Below are positions 29,626-38,154 of a DNA stretch of 64,000 nucleotides, one piece after another. The translations under genes and the position numbers were made by a program. Where the stretch lies: positions 1 to 64,000 of the IMG/VR virus record IMGVR_UViG_3300033489_000004; one strand, written 5' to 3'. Below the pieces are notes generated by a model. It ran no database searches and had not been told where the DNA came from. It saw only the letters and a list, made by a program, of their open reading frames with translations. Each line of letters opens with the position of its first letter. Position 1 is the stretch's first letter. This stretch comes from a virus.

Positions 29626-30118
29626 ATGAATGAGGACAAGATGGTAACTGTTTGTGATAAGTGTTATCGAGTTAGTTGTTGGAAAGGAATATTTATGTGT
29701 CAAGAGGCTGACTTTGCTGAGACTATTGATTTACCCCTGTGGATACTTAGAAAACTAAATTTAGAGCACCCCAGCTATTGGGAAAGGGGGGAGAGAGTAC
29801 ACCATGAGTAAACCAGATGACTTTTCTGAAGAAATGGGAAAAAAGATAAAAGACGAAAATCAAAAAATAGCAGACATAACGCAATCCTTAGCTAATAAAG
29901 GTCTTAACATACAGGTACATCCTTTTAGTATGCTGGAAATGAGAGTATCTGCTATAATCAGACTTTTTATTGAAAAAGAAATCATAACAGGAGAAGAGTA
30001 TGCTTATAGGCTGGTTAAAACACGTCGGGAATACCTTGAGCAGGAGGTAGATAAGTTTAATCAGAAGGAAACTAATAAGCTTATAGTACCAAAAAGTGGT
30101 TTGATAAAGCCAGAATAG
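29626..30118 (+). other. two hypothetical ORFs (29626-29811, 29804-30118)
   Basis: ORF track, RBS and overlapping junction. Confidence 0.5.
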
Positions 30119-30124
30119 AGATTA

Positions 30125-30162
30125 CTACAATATATTGTATGAATTCCTACAATAGTTTGTAG
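30125..30162. promoter_or_regulatory. tandem NrdR-box-like palindromes
   Basis: CTACAATATATTGTAT (30125-30140) and CTACAATAGTTTGTAG (30147-30162) upstream of dCMP deaminase and nrdJ. Confidence 0.6.
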
Positions 30163-30175
30163 GGTTAGGATAATT

Positions 30176-30598
30176 ATGAGAATAGAAAAAATTGATTGGT
30201 ATTTTGATTTGTGTAAAACTATAAGTAAAAGAAGCACCTGTATAAGAAAACAAGTTGGTGCTATTATAGTAAGGGAAGGAAAAATTCTAACCACTGGATA
30301 TAATGGACCATCTTCTGGAGAGAATCATTGTATTGATATAGGTTACTGTCAAAGACCAAAAGAAGAGTGGGATGGAGTAAATTATGTTAACTGCAAAGCA
30401 ATTCATGCGGAGCAAAATGCAATACTTCAAGCAGCTAAATTTGGAATTACAATAAAAGGAGCTAATCTTTATTGTACTATAGAGCCTTGTGAAATATGTA
30501 AAAAATTAATTAAAGGCTCTGGGTTAAGGGGATATTACTATATAGACTCTGAAGGAGAAGTTAAAGAAAAAACGTACATTTACAATATAATGGAGTAA
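30176..30598 (+). CDS. dCMP deaminase
   Basis: RSTC..QVGA, TGYNG, HAEQNA, PCEIC. Confidence 0.93.
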   Translation: MRIEKIDWYFDLCKTISKRSTCIRKQVGAIIVREGKILTTGYNGPSSGENHCIDIGYCQRPKEEWDGVNYVNCKAIHAEQNAILQAAKFGITIKGANLYCTIEPCEICKKLIKGSGLRGYYYIDSEGEVKEKTYIYNIME

Positions 30599-30600
30599 TT

Positions 30601-33006
30601 ATGAATCTTAGTTCTAATGCTATTCATTTGTTAAAAGAAAGATACTGTAGTAATGGAGAAACACCGGAAGAAGTTTTTGATAGGGTAGCTAAGGCTTTAG
30701 CTGATAATGAATCTGATTATATGGAGTTTAAGTCTATAATGGAGAATTTAGAATTTTTGCCCAACTCCCCAGCACTTTTTGGGGCTGGGTTAAAGGGATG
30801 CTTAAAAGCCTGCTTTGTATTATCTGTGGATGACACACTCGAGAGTATTTTTGAAAATATTCATAAAACAGCTATTGTCTATAAATTTGGCGGGGGTGTA
30901 GGGTTTAATTTTTCTAAGCTTAGAGAAAAAGGGGCAAAAGTATCTAAAGGAGGAACTTCTTCTGGAATTTTAGCTTTTTTAAAAATATACAACGACATAA
31001 CAGAAGCGGTAAAACAAAGTGGGAAAAGACGTGGGGCTGGAATGGCTACTCTTAATTATGATCACCCGGACATACTAGATTTTATTACCGAAAAGTTAAA
31101 AGGCGGACTAAATAATTTTAATCTTTCTGTTATGGTTACTGATGAATTTATGGAAAAAGTTACTACAGAAGAAAGCATATTTTTACGCTCTGTCATAGAT
31201 AAAAATAAAATAGTGCAAAAAATTAAAGCAAAAGATTTATTTAGTTATATCTGTTTAGCCGCTTGGAAAAATGGAGACCCAGGGATTTTATTTTTTGATA
31301 GAATTAATCAAGATAATCCCTACGATGAAAAAATTATAGCAACAAATGTTTGTCAGCCTTTTGGTTCATTATTATTAGATAATGATAAACTATGTCCTAT
31401 CGAAATGCAAGGAAAAACTTGGCAATCATGGAAAACAGGGATCAAAGAAGTAATAGAACTGACATGTAACAATGGTTTGGTGTTAAAGTTTACTCCAGAC
31501 CATAAAATAATGCTAGAAGATGGGTCGTTTATTGAAGCTAGACATACTCTAGGTAAAAGTCTTTGTTGGGGGTTGGGAAATAGAAAAGCTAGTAAAATAG
31601 ATAAAAATAGTGTTATTAGGGGATTTTTATTTGGAGACGGTTTTAAATGTGGAAATGGGTATGGTGTATCAGTAAGACTTAATAAAGATAAAGAGACAGA
31701 AATTTATGGTAAGTTAATACAATTTGGTTTTTATGAGCAACGTTGCAAGTCTCTATATATTTCAAAGAAAAAAATTCCTTTTAGTATAGATTTTTTAAAT
31801 GCCCGGGTATTTAATAGAGATCTTCCTCAGGATATTCTATATGGAAATTCTACAGAAGTAGCGTCTTTTTTAAGGGGTTTATTTGAAGCCAATGGGAGTA
31901 TTAGTAGGCAGAGTCAAATTTGTTTAAAAGCAACAAATAAAAAAATGATCAAAAAAGTACAGTTACTATTAGCTTCTTTTGGAATACCCTCTTGGTTAAG
32001 TGTTAGAAAGCCTATGATAGTAAATTGGCCTAATGGAGAATACACATCAAAAGAATCTTATGATTTGCAGATAGCTCCGAGAAATACAGTACTATTTAAG
32101 GAAAAAATAGGCTTTGTAAGTAAGAAGAAAAACCAAAAAATAAGGCACTTTGAAAAGGAATACTGTGGAAAACTTAAAGTAATATCAATTAAATCACTAG
32201 GCAACAAAGATGTTTATGATTTTAAAATGTTAGGAAATTACCCATATAATTTTTGTCAGGGAATTATTGCACATAATTGCGCAGAACAACCACTTTTCCC
32301 TGGAGAATCTTGTTGTTTAGGGAGTATTAATTTAGTTAAATGTTTAAATAGCAAAAATAAGCTGTCTATAACTAAGTTAAGGAAGTTAACGAGAATAGGT
32401 ATAAAAATGCTCTTACAAATTAATAAGCATACAGTACTGCCCTTTGATGAGATGTATGTAGTACAGTCTAGGTATAATAGGATTGGTCTAGGTGTAATGG
32501 GGTTTGCTGATATGTTGATTAAGATGGGTGTTATGTATGATTCAGAAGAATCTTTAGAAATTATTCGTGTTATTGGAAAAGAAATACTAACAGTAGCAAA
32601 AAGATTATCCCCCTTATCTGCATCGGTACTCTCAATTGCACCCACAGGAAGCCTCTCAATACTTTCAGATTGTTCCTCTGGCATTGAACCACTATTTTCA
32701 AAAGAATATATAAGGCGGATAGGTATAGGAGATATAAAAGAAAAAAGAAACCATAGTAAATATCTTCGTACAGCCCATGAAATACTTCCAGAGTGGCATT
32801 TGCGCATTCAAGCAGAATGGCAAAAGTTTATTGATGCAGGGGTTAGTAAGACAGTTAATTTGCCTCAAGATGCTACCGTGGAGGATATACGCAATATATT
32901 TTTAACAGCCTGGAAGCTTGGCTGCAAGGGAGTTACTGTATATAGGGATACCGGAAAAGGGGTATATAAAAGAATTGGGTGTAATGATGAAGAATGTGTG
33001 CTTTAA
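30601..33006 (+). CDS. nrdJ: class II (B12-dependent) ribonucleotide reductase with intein
   Basis: FLPNSP, ACFVL, GGGVG, RRGAGM, NFNLSV, GDPG, TNV|CAEQ, CCLGSINL, IAPTGS, SSGIEP, KGVTVYR; no NrdB seen. Confidence 0.9.
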   Translation: MNLSSNAIHLLKERYCSNGETPEEVFDRVAKALADNESDYMEFKSIMENLEFLPNSPALFGAGLKGCLKACFVLSVDDTLESIFENIHKTAIVYKFGGGVGFNFSKLREKGAKVSKGGTSSGILAFLKIYNDITEAVKQSGKRRGAGMATLNYDHPDILDFITEKLKGGLNNFNLSVMVTDEFMEKVTTEESIFLRSVIDKNKIVQKIKAKDLFSYICLAAWKNGDPGILFFDRINQDNPYDEKIIATNVCQPFGSLLLDNDKLCPIEMQGKTWQSWKTGIKEVIELTCNNGLVLKFTPDHKIMLEDGSFIEARHTLGKSLCWGLGNRKASKIDKNSVIRGFLFGDGFKCGNGYGVSVRLNKDKETEIYGKLIQFGFYEQRCKSLYISKKKIPFSIDFLNARVFNRDLPQDILYGNSTEVASFLRGLFEANGSISRQSQICLKATNKKMIKKVQLLLASFGIPSWLSVRKPMIVNWPNGEYTSKESYDLQIAPRNTVLFKEKIGFVSKKKNQKIRHFEKEYCGKLKVISIKSLGNKDVYDFKMLGNYPYNFCQGIIAHNCAEQPLFPGESCCLGSINLVKCLNSKNKLSITKLRKLTRIGIKMLLQINKHTVLPFDEMYVVQSRYNRIGLGVMGFADMLIKMGVMYDSEESLEIIRVIGKEILTVAKRLSPLSASVLSIAPTGSLSILSDCSSGIEPLFSKEYIRRIGIGDIKEKRNHSKYLRTAHEILPEWHLRIQAEWQKFIDAGVSKTVNLPQDATVEDIRNIFLTAWKLGCKGVTVYRDTGKGVYKRIGCNDEECVL
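31351..32277 (+). mobile_element. LAGLIDADG intein (309 aa) at the RNR thiyl-radical Cys
   Basis: Starts CQPFGS, ends IIAHN followed by catalytic Cys; RGFLFGDG and LRGLFEANG blocks. Confidence 0.92.
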
Positions 33007-33227
33007 ACTTAAACCAATAGGAATACACACCAATTGGGAGGAAAACCTAACCACTAACGGATACAAAAAAGATGAAAAAGGCAATTTTGTAAGAGAATAT
33101 AAAAAAACCAAAGAAGTTTTTAGATATAGAGAGTGTAAAAAGATAATAGTATTAGAGCATAAGCTTAACGAAGAAGATACATGGATTCATATTAGGACAT
33201 TTAGAAAATAAAAGACAGGAAGACAAT

Positions 33228-34013
33228 ATGGAAAAGATGACAGAATCAACATTAACTAAAGCTATATTAGATCATTGGGCCTGGAAATCTTCTAGACCTC
33301 AGTATATAGTAGCTTTACAAGTAAATAATGGGGCTGGGTTTAACTATAGTAGACGCTTAGATGCTGTTGTATTTGATACCTGGCCCAGTACTGGTTTAGG
33401 TATTCATGGTTTGGAAATAAAAAGTACTAAGGCAGGTCTTAGAAACGAGCTTAGAGATACAAATAAGTTTTCTGATTTTGCTGCTTATCTGGATACCTTC
33501 TCTATAGTATGTCCACACGGAGTAGGTACTAAAGCCATGCTCCCGGATAAGTGGGGTCTTTATACTTCTAAGGATGGCAAAACTTTACATACTGTTAGGC
33601 GTCCTTTAATGTTACATGCCGAAGGTAAAAAACCTGTTAACCGTGAATTTATGGCATCTTTTGTTAGAGCTTTAGTTGATAGATCGTTGTCTAATGAATC
33701 TAAACGAGCTGAATACTCTAAAGGGTACGATAAGGCTAAACAGCAGTATGAATGGGAGCTTAAACTAGCTGAAGAAGGTAAAGAAAAGTATGCAAAAGTA
33801 TTAAAGGATTTTGAAAAAGCTAGTGGTATTGTTATTGATACTTGGTCTAATAATGGGTTAAAAGTTGGGGAAGCTGTTAAATTTGTACTTGAAGGTGGTC
33901 TATCAGATAAAATACGTTATGCACAAGATATGAAAAACTTAGGTAATAGTCTAATAAAATTTGCTGATGGGTTAGAAAAACTAAAAGAAAGGGTTAAGTT
34001 TACCAGATTTTAA
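33228..34013 (+). CDS. MmcB-like PD-(D/E)xK nuclease family protein
   Basis: RRLDAVVFDTWPS..GLEIKST..LRNEL...K..LPDKWGL. Confidence 0.65.
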   Translation: MEKMTESTLTKAILDHWAWKSSRPQYIVALQVNNGAGFNYSRRLDAVVFDTWPSTGLGIHGLEIKSTKAGLRNELRDTNKFSDFAAYLDTFSIVCPHGVGTKAMLPDKWGLYTSKDGKTLHTVRRPLMLHAEGKKPVNREFMASFVRALVDRSLSNESKRAEYSKGYDKAKQQYEWELKLAEEGKEKYAKVLKDFEKASGIVIDTWSNNGLKVGEAVKFVLEGGLSDKIRYAQDMKNLGNSLIKFADGLEKLKERVKFTRF

Positions 34014-34757
34014 TATTGGAGGAGTAAATGGGTATATGCCAAATTGCAAAAAAATACAAAAGCAAGTGTTGTGGGGCAGACGTAAAACTATACTGTCCCG
34101 ACGAGTTAAAAAAGACAGTGGCGGAGTTAGTTTGTGTTTTTGTTTGCTTAAAATGTGGTCGTAGGTGTATAGTTGAGTTAAAGGAGAAATAATGGGTGAT
34201 TTTTTAGTAGGAGATATAGAAGAAAAGATATCTCCTAGGGGTTGTGCTGGTTATAAGACTTGGACAGATTGGGGATATGAATTTGGTTGCCATTACGAAA
34301 CAACTATTGATTGTGATTACTGTAAATATGGGGGTGGGCGTAAAGACCCAGAAGCTAAGTGCAATCAACTGAAAGGAAACTAATGGATGATAGTTTACTA
34401 TACGCTATATTGCTAACTTATGAAACCAAGACTTCTTTGGAGCGTGCTAAGATTAAGGCTAAAAAGGGATTCAACTACATTTCTGATCTAAAAATAGCTA
34501 AGAGTATAGCTGAGGGAGCTTTGGACGAAATAGAAAACGCAATAATTAATACTGAGTTTAGCAGTATAAGAAAGGAAGAAGATGAGTAAACAATTAATTT
34601 GTAAGGTATGTAAAAGAAGGTTCAATACTAAAAAAGAGCTGCTACAGCACTATTGGATAGAGTTGGATTCTTTACAAAGTCAAATAGCTTTAGAATTAGA
34701 CAGTAATACGGATAATTAAAACTTATCAAATTTTTATTTTGAAAGGAGTGATGCCAA

Positions 34758-35838
34758 ATGTCTGATAAATTAAAGGTATTAATGATTAGCCCTCCGTGGT
34801 ATTCAATACCTATATCAGGCTATTAACGGGGGAATTGAAATTGTAATGGAACACCTTATTAATGGACTTGTGAAAAAAGGACATACTGTTACTATGATAG
34901 GATGTCCGGGGTCATATTTAGAGGGGGTTAAGATAGTTGAGTATCCAGATAATGTGATGGAAAAGGAAGGACAGGATAGGGTAGAAGCAGCAGAATCCTT
35001 TATTACTTCTTATTTGGACACAACTGATAGCAGTTCTAAAATTAATTTTGATCTTATACATAACCATATGGGGGGTGCCACAGCAACAAAACTAGTTAAT
35101 TCAACAAGTATCCCAGTTGTTACAACATTACATGGACAATATGTACCTAATGCATTTGATGAGCACACACAATCAGGAAGTTATGTGGCTATCAGCATGG
35201 ATCAATCACATAGATACCCACAAGACACTAATATTGTTGGGATGGTTTATAACTCTATTGATTTTAGTAAGTATTTAAAGTTTGCACAGGCTAGAAAATT
35301 TGATTATGTAACTAACATTAATAGATATAGCCCTCTTGATGAAAAAGGTTTTATGCCTACTTTGCGTATTGCCGAACATTTACCAAGCCAATTATTTATT
35401 CTCTCTATGTTTGTGCAACCCCAATTTAAAAATGATGAACTATATCATAAGATTAGAGATTCTGCTAATAGACTACCTAACGTTGTTTTGTTGGATGGTA
35501 TCACAGAGTGTGAAAAAATGCAGTTAGTTAGTAGAGCACGTGCTTTTGTATTTCCGTTACTTTGGCCGGAGCCTTTTGGATTAGCCCCCGTAGAAGCACA
35601 AGCATTGGGGACAATTCCAATAGTATACAACAATGGTAGTATGTCGGAGGTAGTTTCTGATGGTTATTCCGGTTATGTTATACCAAAAGAAGCAAGTATC
35701 ACAGAGTTTGCTAATAAAATTAAACTAGGATTAGATAAAATAGACCCAATGAATTGTATTAAATTTGTTACTGAAAAATTTTCTATAAGTAAAATGGCGG
35801 AAAATTATGAAGAAATTTATAGAAAAATACTTGGATAA
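34758..35838 (+). pseudogene. GT4 family glycosyltransferase with early frameshift
   Basis: ATG 34758 gives MSDKLKVLMISPPWYSIPISGY* and continues GGIEIVMEHL in +1 frame; C-terminal EPFGLAPVEAQALG motif. Confidence 0.8.
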
Positions 35839-36009
35839 AATGTCAATAGAAGGCATTGCAAAAATAATTAAACTATATTCGACATTTTTGCAGAATAAGT
35901 GAGTTTTGCCTAGGTTGATAAGTTATGTTTAGTTTGTTAAGTTTTGTCTAGATAGTAAAGTTAAGTAATTGGCCCAAAAATGGTCCAAGTCAAAGGAGAG
36001 TGTTTAGTT

Positions 36010-36417
36010 ATGTCAGAAGATAAGTCTATTTATGAAGAAAAAGCAGATGCTATTAGAGAAAGAAAAGATTTTTTTATTCGAGCAACGAATAGGGTTATTA
36101 ATTCCACGAATATATCAGATCGACAGGCTAAAAGTGCAAGTAGCCTTGTAGAATCAGAAATATATGAGATCGTTGGGGAGGTGCTAGGAAAATTACAAGA
36201 CTATTTAAAACAAGAGATAGAGAAGCAAGAATATTTTAATCTTATTGTCAATACCTTCAAGTTCTATAGTGGAAGAATTTTGACAATTATAGAAGCATTA
36301 GGCTTAGAAAAAGAAAAACCTGTTAAAGATGTTATACTATCTAAAATATGGAAATATTGTGATGAGATGATTTATGCAGCAATTGAGGGACATAATTTTA
36401 AAAAGAATCCTTTTTAA
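36010..36417 (+). CDS. hypothetical protein flanked by 14-bp inverted repeats
   Basis: RBS AAGGAG plus ATG at 36010. Confidence 0.6.
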   Translation: MSEDKSIYEEKADAIRERKDFFIRATNRVINSTNISDRQAKSASSLVESEIYEIVGEVLGKLQDYLKQEIEKQEYFNLIVNTFKFYSGRILTIIEALGLEKEKPVKDVILSKIWKYCDEMIYAAIEGHNFKKNPF

Positions 36418-36450
36418 GTTATAAGTTTTAAACTATCTAGACAAATAAAT

Positions 36451-36479
36451 AAGCCCCTAAATTAATAGGGGCTTTTCTT
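36451..36479. terminator. bidirectional intrinsic terminator
   Basis: AAGCCCCTA-aattaa-TAGGGGCTT-TTCTT at the convergence of + and - gene blocks. Confidence 0.8.
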
Positions 36480-36501
36480 ATTAAACTAAAGGTAAATACA
36501 G

Positions 36502-36987
36502 TTATTTTAGAGTTAATTCAAGGTTTTCCAGGTTATCTTGAGGCTTCTTTAAGTCTTTTATTTTGACTTTATATCCTTCGGGGATTTCCCCGCACAAAAC
36601 AAACCAAGTAAGATCCTTTAAAGGCACCCACACAGTCTTGTAATTACTCTTCACTTTTTTAACACTAATATCCACTTTGGCAGTTTTTACCAAGACTATA
36701 TCGTTTACAGCCTTTCTTTCTCCATAAGTATCCGCTTTTTTTGGTTTTTTTAGTTTTAGCTGGCCTATTTTATCCATAACTCTTTTTTCAGTCATACCAA
36801 GAATATCCCCGATATCCGGTATACTTAATGTAGTAGTCTTTCTAAGCCGTTTTAGGTTATCTACATCTTCTTCTGACCAGGGCTTACCGTGAGGGGGATT
36901 ACAGGATTTACAAATAAGGGGTTTCTTAGCTCTTTTTATTGATTTTACTCTATAGAATTTTTTACAGATAGTGCACTGTACTTTCAT
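36502..36987 (-). CDS. Zn-finger/HTH protein with degenerate HNH-like C-terminus
   Basis: CTIC..CKSC, PWSEEDVDNL..IPDIGDILG, GEIPEGYKV...NLENLEL. Confidence 0.5.
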   Translation of the reverse strand: MKVQCTICKKFYRVKSIKRAKKPLICKSCNPPHGKPWSEEDVDNLKRLRKTTTLSIPDIGDILGMTEKRVMDKIGQLKLKKPKKADTYGERKAVNDIVLVKTAKVDISVKKVKSNYKTVWVPLKDLTWFVLCGEIPEGYKVKIKDLKKPQDNLENLELTLK

Positions 36988-37019
36988 TTTTATTTTACTC
37001 CAAAAGAAAGTTTTCTTTT

Positions 37020-37241
37020 TTATTTTGCTGTTTTATATGTAAAACTCTCTAATGTGGCTATACTAGATACTGGGTAGGTAAATAAAGCAGTAGAATCTTC
37101 TTCAATTTCTCTAAGTGTAAAAAAGCCTCTAGTTGGATAGTTCCACCTAATGTTTTTGTAGGGAACTTCATAAGCAAATCTGTCATCAGGCCAATTTTTT
37201 AAAAATATTCTAACTAACTGATTTCTTTTAATTTTTACCAT
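37020..37241 (-). CDS. hypothetical protein
   Basis: ORF track, RBS AAGGAG. Confidence 0.5.
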   Translation of the reverse strand: MVKIKRNQLVRIFLKNWPDDRFAYEVPYKNIRWNYPTRGFFTLREIEEDSTALFTYPVSSIATLESFTYKTAK

Positions 37242-37449
37242 TAATTTCTCCTTTTTAAGTATAATATCTATTTTTATTACAGTTATGGATATAAATTTTT
37301 TAATCCCTGTAAATCTTGTATTACAATACCTATTTTTATTCCCTTTGTTGTAGAATAGCTTTTTGTGTAGAAAAGTTCTTTTATTTTACATTTTTTGTAA
37401 AAATTTATATTCACCCTAGAAATATTGAATTTATATGTTTCACCTTATT

Positions 37450-37526
37450 TGGGGTGAACGGAGGAACTTGAATCCTCTTCAGTCCAGGGCCACAACCTGG
37501 TGCTTTACCATATAAGCTACGCTCAC
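37450..37526 (-). tRNA. tRNA-His(GTG)
   Basis: GTGAGCG..CCAGG-TT-GTG-GC-CCTGG..TTCAAGT..CGTTCACCCCA, encoded CCA. Confidence 0.9.
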
Positions 37527-37528
37527 AG

Positions 37529-37601
37529 TCGGATAGGCAGGAATCGAACCTGCAGCAACCTGGCCCCAAACCAGGGACTCCACCACCTGAGCTACTATCC
37601 G
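37529..37601 (-). tRNA. tRNA-Pro(TGG)
   Basis: CGGATAG..CCTGG-TT-TGG-GG-CCAGG..GGTTCGATTCC..CTATCCGA. Confidence 0.9.
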
Positions 37602-37602
37602 G

Positions 37603-37684
37603 TGCCGGGGGAGGGAGTCGAACCCTCACAGCCTAAGACCACCGGATTTTAAGTCCAGCGTGTATACCGTTCCACCACCCCGGC
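37603..37684 (-). tRNA. tRNA-Leu(TAA)
   Basis: GCCGGGG..CTGGA-CT-TAA-AA-TCCGG, long variable arm, GGTTCGACTCC..CCCCGGCA. Confidence 0.92.
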
Positions 37685-37687
37685 TAA

Positions 37688-37793
37688 GGAAATAGGTACA
37701 GTTTTATTGGTGCTCGTGACAATCATTGTACTACCTGATACCACAGACGCCAGCTACTCGTTTCTGCACACCGTCAGGACTATTCTATTTCCC
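37688..37793 (-). ncRNA. unassigned structured RNA inside tRNA array
   Basis: Closing stem GGAAATAG/CTATTTCC with two internal arms (CCTGA/TCAGG; GTACA/TGTAC). Confidence 0.55.
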
Positions 37794-37795
37794 TG

Positions 37796-37867
37796 TGCTG
37801 CTAAGGAGAATCGAACTCCTGTCTTTGGCTTGAAGGGCCAATATCCTAACCACTAGACGATAGCGGC
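37796..37867 (-). tRNA. tRNA-Glu(TTC), atypical (C33, C3:A70)
   Basis: TCGTCTAGTGGTTAGGA D-arm of Glu type; TTGGC-CCTTCAA-GCCAA; GGAGTTCGATTCTCC. Confidence 0.8.
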
Positions 37868-38088
37868 TTTTTATTCCACCACGCTTTTTTAATTAATTCT
37901 TTTGGGTCTACTCTTCTAGCTCCTTCGGCTATAGCTTCATACACTTTCTTTTTTGTTGTTAAATCATAATGGGGGTGTTTTCCGTTTTGATACCAGGATT
38001 TTTTTAGCTTTATTATCTTAGCAAACTCGTGTAACTCTTTTTCGCTATTTGAGCTAATTAAATGTCCATTCTTGTCTACTAGTATCAT
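37846..38088 (-). CDS. DUF4031-like protein
   Basis: HLIS..ELHEFA..I.LK.SWYQ...HPHYDLT...AIAEGA. Confidence 0.75.
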   Translation of the reverse strand: MILVDKNGHLISSNSEKELHEFAKIIKLKKSWYQNGKHPHYDLTTKKKVYEAIAEGARRVDPKELIKKAWWNKKPLSSSG

Positions 38089-38154
38089 ATTACCTATTTT
38101 CTGTTTAATCGCCTGTATGAATGAAAACGCATATCTATAGGCCCTTTTAAAACA

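Noticed and set aside
37411-37629. 72-aa ORF
   Set aside because: Overlaps three tRNA genes
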